A stretch of DNA of 62,900 bases, the filler included, from Globobulimina sp. (Eukaryota): the NCBI GenBank assembly GCA_003354225.1. It is 24 parts of 24 records of this genome, joined end to end, with 100 filler letters (N's around TTAATTAATTAA, not from the genome) between each part and the next. Parts side by side here need not be neighbours in the genome. Positions count along the whole stretch, not along the records: positions 10,509 to 13,035 come from PIVH01006166.1; positions 13,136 to 15,662 come from PIVH01006167.1; positions 15,763 to 18,289 come from PIVH01006168.1; positions 18,390 to 20,915 come from PIVH01006169.1; positions 21,016 to 23,541 come from PIVH01006170.1; positions 23,642 to 26,167 come from PIVH01006171.1; 18 more parts are not named here. One strand, given 5' to 3'. Below the pieces are notes generated by a model, which searched no databases, was not told the origin of the DNA, and saw only the letters and a program-made list of their open reading frames with translations. The translations under genes were made by a program, and so were the position numbers. Of this stretch, positions 11,707 through 23,968 are shown one piece after another. The stretch's first letter is position 1, and each line of letters starts with the position of its first letter.

Positions 11707-13035
11707 ATGTCAAGTCCTGTGGAACCTAATCTGTCACCAAAAGCGTTAAAACCATTATTTTACATATGGTTTAATTCAATTTCAAACGATGGGAAGTCAT
11801 TAAACATCACACAATTTTCTACTATTATGAATCGTATATTTGCATCAACATCCACTTTATCTCAAAGACAAATATATATATCACAAATATTCAACCAATT
11901 ATCAAACAATTCAGATGTTATACGTTACAATGAATTTCTGTCTAAAAATGATGATATATTCATTGACATTATGATTAAATTATTAGAGGGCAATTTTACT
12001 GCATTGTCGACACTCCAATCTGTTCCTAATTTATGTGTAAATAATCCATCCAATAATACATTGCAGCAAATACTGTGTGAACAGGTATTCATTGTATGTA
12101 ATGCTATGCATATGTGTCAGACAGAATTATATAATTACCGTTTGTTTGTAGTCACAAAAGATGTCAGAACTTAGAGAGTTGAATTCAAGCAGTTATAATT
12201 TACTTGGAAGAGTAGCAAGATTAGACATGGAATTAGATGTACTTTCTGAAGAAAAGGGAAACTTACAAACAGATCAAGATATAATGACTCGCTCATTTTC
12301 AAATTTAAACGAAGATTATACATCTTTAGTTGAACAAATTAGTGTTTTAAAATCATTCAATCGAGAATGTAAATTACTAAATGAAACATTACAAAGTTCA
12401 TTAGATTCTGTTCAAAAAGATTTATTTAATCAACAAGAAATATGCAAACAGCAAAACGATATTATTGAGAATTTAACTAAATTAAAATTATTAAATCAAC
12501 AAAATAAAGAAACCATTCATCAATTAATGCTCCAAAAAGACCAACAAAGCAAGAAAATTATGAATTTATCCACAATAAATCAGCAGGTTCAAGTTGCAGT
12601 TATGTTGTTTTACAAATTACAAATGTGAATTCTTATAATTATATCTGCTCGTTTTTGCAATTTGCAATAGATGGAGAGTGCAGCAACGGCGTTGGACCAA
12701 AAAACAGAACAAGTGAATAAATTACAACGGCAATTGGAAATATTAAAATTAAAACCATTTGATTTTAATATGGATGATCATGATGATTTTAATAACGATG
12801 CAGACGAAATATTAAGGTAAGTGATGATAAATATTTCAATTTTCGAGATATCTATTTTTAAGATTTCAATTTTTCAGATTTGACGATCTGTACATCAAAT
12901 CTGAAAAATTGATAAATCATGATTTCAGTTTTATATTTTTTAATGCTGAAAAATTGATAAATCATGCAGTCCAAATCCATTTTGTATGATGTGCCATGGC
13001 CATACAATTAATGACAATAACAATAACAACATATT
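11707..13035 (+). CDS. Coiled-coil protein with degenerate N-terminal EF-hand-like region; introns 12085-12151, 12587-12670, 12817-12969; 3'-truncated
   Basis: Three GT-AG introns link the ORFs in frame; heptad-rich L/Q/E/K composition. Confidence 0.7.
12866..12912. repeat. Perfect 18-bp intronic inverted repeat TCAATTTTTCAGATTTGA / TCAAATCTGAAAAATTGA with 11-nt loop
   Basis: Read directly. There is also a direct repeat CTGAAAAATTGATAAATCATG at 12901 and 12946. Confidence 0.9.
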
Positions 13036-13135
13036 NNNNNNNNNNNNNNNNNNNNNNNNNNNNNNNNNNNNNNNNNNNNTTAATTAATTAANNNNNNNNN
13101 NNNNNNNNNNNNNNNNNNNNNNNNNNNNNNNNNNN

Positions 13136-14069
13136 TCTCAGCACTTCATTGTCTTATAAACACTCAATGGACAATCTCAAAAAGCATAGAATGAGCACAT
13201 CCATCTCGACCGTCAATGATTTATTTGGTGAGTTGAAAAAATCAAAAGATAAACCAAAACAAATTAAGTTGGTGGATGATGTTCGAATCACTTTATTCAA
13301 TGCAATGTATCCATTACCTCACAAATGCAAATTCGTTGCCTGGATAATGTTAATAATTTGGACATTTATTGTTTGTGTCATTGCAATAAGTTATGGCATT
13401 CAATTTGATTTAGATTATGATGTCTTGCAAAATCCAAATAAATCACAGACTCAATATGACAACGACGATAATTGTTTATTTGCCAACAGTAAGAAAGAAG
13501 AAATTGAATCGTATTTAACAGATCGTCAGCTATCGCAAAATAAAAATGATATGTTTAGAGATTTTGAAAATGATTATATTGTAAGCACAGAATCAGCCAA
13601 ATGGTTATTATCAGGTTTCCAGGCATTGATATTGTCCATTTTTTTGTGGCAACCATTAAGAATTTATATTATTACCTGGATCAAACTCCATTTGTTTACT
13701 TGGAATTTGCGAATGAAATTATCACCAAAGAATTTGTATTTATTATGCATGAAATGTTGCTGTCTCACTCTCCCAAAAGAAATATCATTCAATGTCTATG
13801 AAAATGTTAATAATGATCGGAAATCTGCATATTCGATGATTGCAAATAGAAACAGACCACTTGACATTATTGGATATTTTTGTAATGATCGATTATTTTT
13901 AAAAGTAGACCAAACTGAAACTGCGGGGAAACTAAAATTGTTAACAAGTGATGTTGATATTGATGATGATGATGATATTTTCTTGGAGACAATAAATGAA
14001 AATGATAAAAGTAAAAATGAAGAAATGGTTGAAATGGTTGAAAACGCAACATCTGATTTTAAGGTTTAA
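13136..14069 (+). CDS. Polycystin-1 (PKD1-like) family membrane protein, C-terminal fragment
   Basis: LPHKCKFVAWIML...SYGIQFD and SAKWLLS...SIFLWQPLRI resemble the PKD1L transmembrane block. Confidence 0.6.
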
Positions 14070-14276
14070 AATTCTTAGTTTCTTTAATATTTATTTGTAT
14101 AATATCAATATGGCACATCCATTTAAGATTTCTCATTTTTCACACATTCTAAAACTCCGTTTTGTTTCAGTAGACGTAATATAAAGGAATTAATTATATA
14201 TATATAAATTATTCAGCTCACGTATTACTTACAAATCTACAAAATTAACAAATATAATCAATGTGTCAAATCTACA

Positions 14277-15546
14277 CTACTCATTTCCAGATTTCTCATA
14301 TATCGTATCCACCCAAGGCCATTCAGGATGGCCTCGATCACGAATCACACGCTCTCCTTTCGCATTCACAATAGTCGGGATCCCATATCTTTGATTTGCA
14401 TCCAATGCATCCATTCTTTTCAACTGTTCCTCATTCAATTTAAATGCCCAAACCTCAAAATTTGATTTTATCCTTGACGGCGTGACAGATTTTGGCATCA
14501 CCACAACTCCTCTATCAATCTGATAGCGCACACAGACATTTGCTACACTCACACCACACTCAACGGCAATTTTCTTAATCTCAACATCATCAAACACTCT
14601 CTTCAACGAATGGTCCCAACCCGCGGGCCGTCCCGGATTACCCAAAGGTGAGTATGCTTGCAATACAATACCATTATCCTCGCAATATTTACGCATCTTA
14701 TTTTGAGCCAAATATGGGTGACCTTCACATTGCTGCACTGTTGGCCGAATACTGCAGCTATTTAATACCTTTTGTACCTATCATATCATATCATGCATTG
14801 TACTCATATTTAGATGTCATGCATGTATATAATTAACTTGCTGCTCACTAAAATTCGAGATCCCGATATGTTTCGCCAATCCGAGGCGTACACATTGCTC
14901 CATACCTTTCCATGTCTCAGTATGAGGTACGAGGTCGCCAAAATCCATGGAACCATCAGCTTTCTTTGGGAAGTTTACATCGCCAGCACGCAATGTCAAT
15001 GGCCAATGAATTAAATATAAATCCACGTATTCTAAACCTAAATCGCTTAGTGTTTGTTTTAAGGCAGGAACTACATCGTTTGCGGCATGCTTTGTGTTCC
15101 ATAGTTTGGAGGTAATGAATATATCTTCCCTTTTAATACCGGATTTTAATGCAGCGGCTATTCCCGCACCGACTTCCGGCTCATTTCCATAGATGGCGGC
15201 TCCGTCGATCATTCTATAGCCGATTTTCAAGGCATATTCTACGGCGGCTCTTACTTGTCCTGGTTGGGATAACCATGTCTATGTTTAAAGTTTGTTGAGT
15301 AACTGAAAGATAATTGCATTGTTTTGGAGATTGCTTAACTCCTAATCCGAGCTGGGGTATTTCTGATACGTTGGTATGTTTGTCATCGATTTTTGTTACT
15401 AATTTGCGAAAGGTTTGATGTTTATAACCTGCTGCGCTTAATAGTTCAGTCTCTTCTTTTTTTTCGTCATTGTCATCGTCGTCTTTGTGTTCTTTATTTA
15501 CAAAATCAAGCACTTCATCCACTGATGAAATTAGTTTAGTTGCCAT
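14277..15546 (-). CDS. Aldo-keto reductase (AKR1-like); introns 15339-15279 and 14837-14778
   Basis: PQLGLG|TW, GYRMIDGAAIYGNE, IFITSKLWN, DLYLIHWP, IGISNF, AYSPLG and PKSVTPSRIKSNF. Confidence 0.95.
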
Positions 15547-15762
15547 TAGACTATGCTTAACTAAGTTTTTTTCGAGACCGTTACATTTCAAGTCTACTTA
15601 TGTCTAAGAGGATTGCTTGCCAGCAGCGTGGATTAATAAATAGTCCTCACTCTATTGCCTCTNNNNNNNNNNNNNNNNNNNNNNNNNNNNNNNNNNNNNN
15701 NNNNNNTTAATTAATTAANNNNNNNNNNNNNNNNNNNNNNNNNNNNNNNNNNNNNNNNNNNN

Positions 15763-16312
15763 GTATCCATATTCGCTTCTTTGCGATGTACTCAATTGCA
15801 TCCAAATATGTTATCTTGCAACAATGCATCAACCAGGCAACCGTAACTGTGCATGATCTGTTTGCTCCAGCAATACAATGAACGAATATTTTACCATTTT
15901 TAAACGATTTACAATTATTTATAAATTCAAAACATTTGTTGATAATTTCATTTGATAATATTTCATAATTTTCATTGTCATCAAGTTCCATTGCACAAAC
16001 TTTAAAATTATATTTTTTGTCATACTTTTTGCCAAATTCTCCTGCACAAAGATTTAATATATGGGTAATTCCTAATTTTTGTAATTCATCTGCTTTTCGC
16101 GCATTTCCCGCTGATCCCAACCATAAAAAATCTTCAATTATTTCAGATGGAGCATAAGGGTTTTTCTGTCCAATCTTATCATATTTAGCAAGAATGTTAT
16201 TTGTTTCTGTCAAATATTTCTTTACCACCAAATCTCTCAATGTAATGAATGTATCTGCTTTATCCACTTCCTTTATATCATCTGCTGCATCAAGTTTTTG
16301 TTCAAGTGACAT
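15763..16312 (-). CDS. Dual-specificity protein phosphatase, 3'-truncated
   Basis: PSEIIEDFLWLGS, LGITHILN and the catalytic VHCIAGANRS (HCxxGxxRS). Confidence 0.92.
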
Positions 16313-16418
16313 CTTTAAACGAGTTGTTAAGAAAATGAAAATTAATACTCTAAATATTAATATATTAACATGTACAGTTATAAGTTATAGTAATATAGTT
16401 ATGATTTAATACTCGATA

Positions 16419-17798
16419 TCATTTAAGCGTTACATGCATACCACATAATATTTTAACCAACATAGCAGCATCGATGTCTTTTTTCATAAAATCATATTGC
16501 ATCCATTTTCCAAATGCAATTCTGCCATATTTATCAATAATATTTTTTAAATCAATCTCATGTCTTTCCACAATGATCCTAAAAAACATAACATAGCTTG
16601 GTCCATGTTTATAAATGGAATCCGCAAACAAATTTGCATAAAATTCGTCACGTTTCGTCAACCATAACAAAATCTGAGCAATCGCATAAAATAATTTATC
16701 ATTCGTCTCATCATAAATATCCATTACAGTTTCATATAAACTTAATTCTGTTTCATTTACATTCGATAATTCAAATTCTTGCGATACAAAATATAAATGT
16801 TTAAAAGAGCGACCACTGAATATCTCAGCAAAAACATTACTATTTTTATTCAAAGTACCTGCAGACATTGCAACTGTAGCTAACAATAAATTTGACGCAT
16901 CTTTTTTAACCAAATCCATATCAATCCCACCAAGGCCATCACCATCGGCATCTTTCCTGCAATGATTAAGTATCTGTAACAAAAAAATATTAATTGCGGT
17001 TTTTTTCCCCCACATATTGGACGTCAACGAATCGACCCTTTTTGACAATGAATTGCTATGTTGGACATTGAATAATAACTCCATTTCTTTTAAGCTGTTA
17101 TTATCGAAGATGCACAACAAAGATGATAATAAATTTACATCTTTCATGGTACGGATAGCAATTTCAACACAATGCGTATTTAATTCCTGTTTATTCATAA
17201 ATAATAACAATAATAATTGTTCATATATTGGATGCCAGTTAAATTTTTGTGAAATCACCTCCAATAAATCTGCTTTATATAACTTCTGATATTCGCGTTT
17301 TAGACATTGTCTCTGTTCCTTATTTGTTTTGAATATAATATTATTAAATTGTTCCATTCGTTTTGCAGTCATTTTTAATTTAACGCCACTGTCGATATAT
17401 TTATATAAATCTTGCACAATATGCGCTGCGTTGAAATCTTTATTTGGTAATGCTTTAATAGCGTATGATGCGGCTACATTTACATTGTCATCATAGTGTT
17501 TTATAGGTTTTTCTTTAATATCATCAATATTTGCTATAGCTACACGGGGTGTTTTTTTCTGTTTTTGTATAGATTTGTCATTGATTTGAGATTTTTTTTC
17601 ATCATCCTTGCTGTCCTTGCCTTCACTATCTTTATTTTCAAGCACTCCTTCAACTAATTGCTGCCATGTTTCTCTATCGCCATCAGGCGTAAATATAACA
17701 TCCTCACTATTTTCTGCTTCGGGTGGTGCTGATGCTGGATGTTGGATATTTAGATCAGTTTCATTCTCGTATCCTTTGGGAAAGCCTGGAGTTGCCAT
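16419..17798 (-). CDS. Divergent annexin
   Basis: Four helical repeats, including EQRQCLKREYQKLYKADLLEVI, FAEIFSGRSFKHL, FYANLFADSI and RIIVERHEIDLKNI. Confidence 0.75.
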   Translation of the reverse strand: MATPGFPKGYENETDLNIQHPASAPPEAENSEDVIFTPDGDRETWQQLVEGVLENKDSEGKDSKDDEKKSQINDKSIQKQKKTPRVAIANIDDIKEKPIKHYDDNVNVAASYAIKALPNKDFNAAHIVQDLYKYIDSGVKLKMTAKRMEQFNNIIFKTNKEQRQCLKREYQKLYKADLLEVISQKFNWHPIYEQLLLLLFMNKQELNTHCVEIAIRTMKDVNLLSSLLCIFDNNSLKEMELLFNVQHSNSLSKRVDSLTSNMWGKKTAINIFLLQILNHCRKDADGDGLGGIDMDLVKKDASNLLLATVAMSAGTLNKNSNVFAEIFSGRSFKHLYFVSQEFELSNVNETELSLYETVMDIYDETNDKLFYAIAQILLWLTKRDEFYANLFADSIYKHGPSYVMFFRIIVERHEIDLKNIIDKYGRIAFGKWMQYDFMKKDIDAAMLVKILCGMHVTLK

Positions 17799-17862
17799 AC
17801 TTTGCGGTTGTTTTTTTAAAATATAAACTAAAACTATAAAAAACTCAAATTAATTTAAAATC

Positions 17863-18289
17863 ATGAGTGTAGAAGAAAAAGAATTAGAAGTATTGGATGA
17901 AAATCGAGAGGCATGGTCATCGCGTATAGCATTTTGGTTAGGTGCTATTGGATCCGCTGTCGGTTTAGGAAATTTATGGCGATTTCCTTATCAATGTTAT
18001 TTGTTTTATATACATTAATTTTACCATTATTAAATGAAATATAAATATTTCAATATTGTATAGGTGCAACATGGGGTGGTGGCGCATTTATATTTGCATA
18101 TTTAGTATGCCTTTTCACTTTGGGTACGTTTAGTTGTTATATATAATATTAATTAAATAACATAAACAAACAACAATACAAATGACTGTAATTTATAAGG
18201 AATGCCATTATTAACTCAAGAATTATCATTAGGACAGAAACACAGATCAGGTGATATTGAAGCGTTTGGTCGAATGAATTGGAGATTAC
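17863..18289 (+). CDS. Neurotransmitter:sodium symporter (SLC6/NSS) family, 5' part; introns 17996-18063 and 18124-18199
   Basis: Not in the ORF track. Translation by hand gives [51 protein letters not shown]. Confidence 0.93.
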
Positions 18290-18762
18290 NNNNNNNNNNN
18301 NNNNNNNNNNNNNNNNNNNNNNNNNNNNNNNNNTTAATTAATTAANNNNNNNNNNNNNNNNNNNNNNNNNNNNNNNNNNNNNNNNNNNNATAAAGGTCAC
18401 TCTGTGGTGATGTTGAGGGTCTCCTCCAACAGATAGCATTTGGAATATTTGGCAAATCAAAGTTGCTGTGGTCATAATTAATAAACAATAACCCGGATAG
18501 TTTAGAAATATACGATATTGTTTTGCTTTTGTCTTGATTGCATCCTTTGTTTTTTTCCTTTATAATTAATAACAAATGTGGAGAAAATCAAAATCATATC
18601 TATAGCAATATAAACGTATTTGAGCACAATGTCCGCAGTTAAATGCGCTGGCATATTGAACAACAAAATTAAAGAAGTGTTTTACTAGTAAAAATAGATA
18701 ACCCCCACCCCCTGTATTTGAAAAAGATTCTTCAGAAAACAGCAGGTACATTTTATAATTTG

Positions 18763-19863
18763 ATGACTTCTTGGCGAATTGGCTGGGTGCTGATAGTATT
18801 TATGCAACATGGATGCAAATGTTTAAACACATGGAATAAAACTACATTCCCACATGGATTGGATATATGGACATCGACTTCACCGTTTGTTCCTGTTCAA
18901 TCCGAATCATATGGGACCATCAAGATAGGACATACAATGAGTGTTGAATTCGATTTTATATTCAATGGTCGAACTAATATTCCCAGAATGTTTTATGCAG
19001 AAAATTTCTTCCGCATTGGACATGATGCGATTGGAGGTCGAGGTTGCAACGGTGACGGCTCACAATATCCAGCCTTATGGCTAACAAATGGTGCGACCAA
19101 TACAGGCGTATTAGAGATAAGTGCAACGTCTGGTACATCGTGTGCGAGATCATATGCATTGCACGAATATGGAAATATAAATATCGGACCATCACATCAT
19201 ATAAAAATAGAATTAAATCCAACACAAATATTAGTTGATATATCTGGTGGAGATAAACCAAACTTCACTCGAATATTCTCAAGACGTGCAACCATAAGAG
19301 ACCATATCGGACAATCCGTTCCTGTCTGGTTTATGTCGAATCGTTTTGCTGGAACTGATTATAATGTTGGAAGTGGCATATTTTCCAATATAGTGATAAT
19401 ATCAAACATATTTAGCATACAACCCACTCGCTATCCGACACCACATCCAACATTGATGGGCATACAGCCAATATTTTACCCGTCATTAATGTCTCCAACT
19501 ACAGAAAATCCAACATTTAATCCAACAGTCAAGCCGCGATTATCACATCCGACCACAGAGAATCCAACATTTAGCCCAACATCCACGCCAACTACACAAA
19601 CTCCAACAATTTACCCATCCGCTCCTCCAACAACAATTCCTACATTTTCGCCACAGGACAAAACAATTTATGCTCCTAATATTTTGACACCAAATACTAG
19701 TAATAATACAACAGCCAATTCATGGAAAACTGTGGTAATCACTGTTGCGATTTTGTCAGTATGTTGGACCATAATTCTTTTTTTCTGTTTCCAACGAATA
19801 AGGAAATTCCAGGCAGAAAATGCCAACACACATAAACCACGTGGTGAAGAAATATATGTTTGA
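18763..19863 (+). CDS. Type I membrane/surface protein with beta-rich ectodomain and PT (TxxPT) repeat stalk
   Basis: Signal peptide, repeats such as PTTENPTFNPT, and a TM helix VVITVAILSVCWTIILFFCF. The true 3' end may be spliced. Confidence 0.75.
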   Translation: MTSWRIGWVLIVFMQHGCKCLNTWNKTTFPHGLDIWTSTSPFVPVQSESYGTIKIGHTMSVEFDFIFNGRTNIPRMFYAENFFRIGHDAIGGRGCNGDGSQYPALWLTNGATNTGVLEISATSGTSCARSYALHEYGNINIGPSHHIKIELNPTQILVDISGGDKPNFTRIFSRRATIRDHIGQSVPVWFMSNRFAGTDYNVGSGIFSNIVIISNIFSIQPTRYPTPHPTLMGIQPIFYPSLMSPTTENPTFNPTVKPRLSHPTTENPTFSPTSTPTTQTPTIYPSAPPTTIPTFSPQDKTIYAPNILTPNTSNNTTANSWKTVVITVAILSVCWTIILFFCFQRIRKFQAENANTHKPRGEEIYV

Positions 19864-20040
19864 TTAAATGTATCATGTTTTTTGTTTGTATTTTTGTATA
19901 GGTGTTTGTGTTTGCAATGTTTTTAACTTTTTTTTCCGATTATATTATGTTTTTTTTGTGTCATTTTGTTGGTTAATTGATTTATATTCATGCATTATTA
20001 TTTTTAAGAGATATTTTAACGAAAACTGGAAAACCATTCT

Positions 20041-20915
20041 TTGATCCTCTTTACCCTCATCGTCTGGGCATTGACTTGCTTTTGGACAGTATTACACTCC
20101 AAATTTAATATTTATTTAAATACAGAGCAAAATGAAATCAATCCACCTACACTGCTCCACGCGTTTACAATCCACGAAATACACGAAAATCTGGATAATG
20201 TAGGAATAATTCACAAGGATCCAGTCACTCCAATAACAACCAATGCAGCAATGAGACAAAAAAACAACAATAACCACTCCAAACAGACAAATCAACGTAA
20301 ACCACAAAGAAATATCGGTCGCAAATTCGTGCAAATGGATGGAATGTCGCCAAAGGAACTGTTTCTTGCTCGAATGCAAAGACCAAATAAATATAAAGAT
20401 CGAAATAAAGATTCGACCACAACCAAAGACATGCCATCGTTCATTGCTTCCTATGATTCGACATACGATGCTCACGACGATAACCTTAGCGATCTCAAAA
20501 TCTATTCTGATACAAATGGCGTTTCCTTTGAGGAAAGTACGATTCATATGATTCTATCAACTGGTTTTCAATATATTTGGCTGGAAAACAACAATAATCT
20601 GAAATTCTGCAATGGAGTGCCGACTCGTTTGGGCAATGTGTTGAGTGGATATTGGACAGCACGCAGTTTAGCATATTTTTTGGGAGTGCAGTTTGAATTA
20701 ATTTCTCCGCATAGATACTTAAAGGAACTCTGTGCGCCGCATTTAAGCAATGAGAGAGTTAAACGCGTTGCGAGATATTTTTTTGACGAAACATATATTG
20801 TTAAACACAGAAAATCACTCACAAATAAGCAACATGTTTATGATGGGCTATATTGGAGCAATTATTTGGATAAAAGGATAAGAAATGATTCCATTGTTTC
20901 AGATTATAAACATAT
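20041..20915 (+). CDS. Type II membrane protein, possibly fucosyltransferase-like; start uncertain, 3'-truncated
   Basis: N-terminal hydrophobic segment and stem, then RLGNVLSGYW..RSLA, resembling the GRLGN motif of GT11-type enzymes. Confidence 0.4.
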
Positions 20916-21015
20916 NNNNNNNNNNNNNNNNNNNNNNNNNNNNNNNNNNNNNNNNNNNNTTAATTAATTAANNNNNNNNNNNNNNNNNNNNNNNNNNNNN
21001 NNNNNNNNNNNNNNN

Positions 21016-21372
21016 CGTGAAAAATCCTGGTTTGCCCGCCCCGGTTTATTTGCCATTAGATTTGCAAGGCCGGAAATGTAATGGCCCTGGGATTCTGAAG
21101 GGTAGAGCTGTTTGGCTTTGGATGCATGGGATACGGCCTCATTTGCCTTCTTCTGAATAAGCATGCACTTGGCCATGAGCAGGTGGGCGGTATAATCCCG
21201 GTCAGCCTTCCTGATGGCGGACTTAAATGCTTTTGCCGCTTTGTCATAGGCTTCCTGACCCAGATATTTCTCCCCCTCCTGCAACAGAACAATGGCATCC
21301 TTTTGTTTGCGAAGCCCTGCAATCGAGTCCATATATCTGTCTCTGTGAAGAGGGAAATCTCTCGTGGCTGCA
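21016..21372 (-). CDS. Bacterial TPR-containing fragment (resembles the C-terminal half of deltaproteobacterial M48/BepA-like peptidases)
   Basis: Abrupt rise in GC, no introns, TPR-like helices (AAKAFKSAIRKADRDYTAHLLMAKC; AKQLYPSESQGHYISGLA). Confidence 0.6.
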
Positions 21373-22357
21373 TACATGAATAAACAATATGTCTTCCGCC
21401 ACGCTCAATGCCTTGGAATAAAACACCCATAAAAGCATAAGCAAACAATCTCATATACATTGGTGCGTGGCGCGCAATTGCACTAAACACAGGTCCTGGA
21501 CAATGACCATAACAATCAATCTTATTTTCATATTTATCCACTAAATGATTAATCAACATTTGATTCCACATTTTAGTTTCCGCATAATGCGATACTTGAC
21601 CTGTTAAACTATATTCATATTTCGTGTCAAAATCATGATATTTTTGCCATCGATGGGTATCTGACGACGTTGCCACAATCCTTGGCAAAGTTGTTGCATT
21701 CTCATTGAATAAATCTAATTTTATAAAATATTTTGTTAATATCACATTCGATAAGAAGTTAACAAATAACATCATATCAATTCCATCCTTTGTTTCTCGC
21801 GCCGGATGTACAGTCATTCCTGCATTTAAACATAAAATATCAATCTTGATTTGCTTGGTTCTGTGCATGATCGTGATTTAGTTTAATTTATTTATTTATT
21901 TCAGAGTAGAAACGAAAATATAATGTAACTGAAGCTGTTCAAAGAATAGCAAATACGAATTGAAATCGCTCAAATCAATGTTAAATCCTTGTATTTGAAC
22001 ATCTGTTTGTCCAGTTTTGGATGCCAGATTCTTTAAATTATTCACAGTTTGTTCCAACTGTGATCTACATGCAACAATAACATTTGCTCCATGAGACACC
22101 AACTCTTTCACCATTCCATAACCAACACCACGGTTAGCACCAGTTACTAACACGGTTTTGCCTTTTAAAAAAGGTGTGAAATCATTGTAATCTTTTTGTG
22201 CTGGATATATTGAATAAAAGCATGCGTGGTATGTTTTAGGGCCAATCACAACACATCCCAAAAGAATATAAATCCCCAAAACAACAATTGTAAATTTTCT
22301 GCAATAATACAATCCCAAAATACATAACGCTGCAAATGGTAAGAATGTGTAGAACAT
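21350..22357 (-). CDS. Short-chain dehydrogenase/reductase (retinol dehydrogenase-like); intron 21929-21861; 3' end replaced by bacterial sequence
   Basis: VLVTGANRGVG, DLSDFNS, IDILCLNAG, RIVATSS, YAETK (YxxxK) and PGPVFS. Confidence 0.88.
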
Positions 22358-22411
22358 TAATAATTCTTTTTTGTTAGGACTTAGGACAGATATAAACCAA
22401 CAAAGTTTTTC

Positions 22412-22711
22412 ATGCTCAGACTAAGTGAATCAGGGTCGCTGACAATGGCGTCATTAATCGCCATTGAAGAAAGCGTCACAAACGACAATAATGACAACAT
22501 AGACAAAACTAATCATAACAACGACGAACAAGACAACGATCCGAACCCAGGCACCATACGTATCGAATCCGTAGACCAAAAAGACACTGACTTGCCAGAC
22601 ACTGAACGTCAACCAACAGTGTTTAAACGCGCCCACACCGTGATGCTGACGGAAGAGATGCAATGGTTCGAGGACGATTACGTGAAACTGGAACCTTTGG
22701 GCGAAGGCGGC
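22412..22711 (+). CDS. N-terminus of a probable eukaryotic protein kinase, cut at the glycine-rich loop
   Basis: N/D-rich leader like other host genes, ending in FEDDYVKLEPLGEGG, typical of kinase subdomain I entry. It is head-to-head with the intron-containing SDR. Confidence 0.6.
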
Positions 22712-23541
22712 ACTTATGTTCTGGAAATGTCGTCCTATCAGCTGGAGTTAACCCTTTCGATAACCTTTGACGTGGCAGTGCTGCTTAATATTAGCGCCGA
22801 TCACCTTGAGCGCCACGGCGGAATGGACGGATACATTGCCGCCAAGAAACTGATATTTCATCGTCAAACTGATCCGCGGACAGCCGTTATTGGCATCGAT
22901 GATCCATTCTCGGAAAAGATATATGACGAACTTCGGGCTGTCGGGGATCAGACCATTATCCCGATCTCGGCAACCAAGCGGGCCCATGGCGGGGTCTATA
23001 CCGACAACGGTCTGTTGATCGACGATACGGATGGTCAGGAAACCCCGGTCTGCGATTTGAAAGATATTCCGAGTTTACCCGGCGCTCATAACTGGCAAAA
23101 TGCAGCGGCTGCGTATGCGGCGTGTAAAGCTGCGGGCGTTCAGCCTCATGTCATCATGGCATGCCTGCAAAGTTATCCAGGGCTTGTTCATCGCCAGGAA
23201 GCCCTGGAAATTGTCGACGGTGTTGCCTTCATCAATGACAGCAAAGCAACCAACGCTGATGCCGCCGCGCGCGCACTGGCCTGCTACGCCAACATTTACT
23301 GGATTGCAGGTGGTCGCTCGAAAGCAGGGGGGCTTGCCGCGACCAGACCGTACTTTGACCGGGTCCGCCATGCCTTTCTGATTGGTGAATCCGCCCTTCA
23401 GTTTTCGCAAGAAATTGGTAGCGAATTTTCATTTACACTATCTGGTGACTTGAAAACTGCAATTGGGCAAATCCGCCAACAGATTACTGCTGATGGCGTG
23501 AAAGATGCCGTTGTATTGTTGTCACCAGCAGCCGCTTCGTT
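22688..23541 (+). CDS. murD: Bacterial (alphaproteobacterial-like) UDP-N-acetylmuramoyl-L-alanine--D-glutamate ligase, partial
   Basis: VLEMSSYQL, LLNISADHLERHG, GAHNWQNA, GLVHRQE, FINDSKATN, WIAGG and VLLSPAAAS; GC-rich, no introns. Confidence 0.95.
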
Positions 23542-23968
23542 NNNNNNNNNNNNNNNNNNNNNNNNNNNNNNNNNNNNNNNNNNNNTTAATTAATTAANNN
23601 NNNNNNNNNNNNNNNNNNNNNNNNNNNNNNNNNNNNNNNNNTCAATTTACAAAAACAAAAGACTCAAAAGTTACTACACTTCGTGGTATTGCGAATATGC
23701 AAAATGGATTCAAAATCAATCTTTATCCAAGAGATTAAATTTTAACATCATTCTAGTTTGTGTGTTTGTTATTAAATACCATCTTTGTATTATATTTTTA
23801 CCGAAAAAAAACGCAGTAATTTAAACATTCTTCATTTTATTAAATAGTTTAAATAGTATTGGTTTATGTTCAATTGTAGGCATTTGGCATATTAATGATA
23901 AAGGATATCCGTACCAATCAGTAACTACGCTACAAAGATCAACTCTCATTATCTCCCAACAACAATCT

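Noticed and set aside
22412-23541. A eukaryotic peptidoglycan-synthesis gene acquired by HGT
   Set aside because: Sharp composition step, unameliorated bacterial codons, missing MurD N-terminus and a second bacterial junction on the same contig all favour a chimera. It is kept only as a flagged finding.
23642-23738. Possible cytochrome P450 C-terminal tail (NGFKINLYPRD*)
   Set aside because: Too short, and no heme motif is visible.
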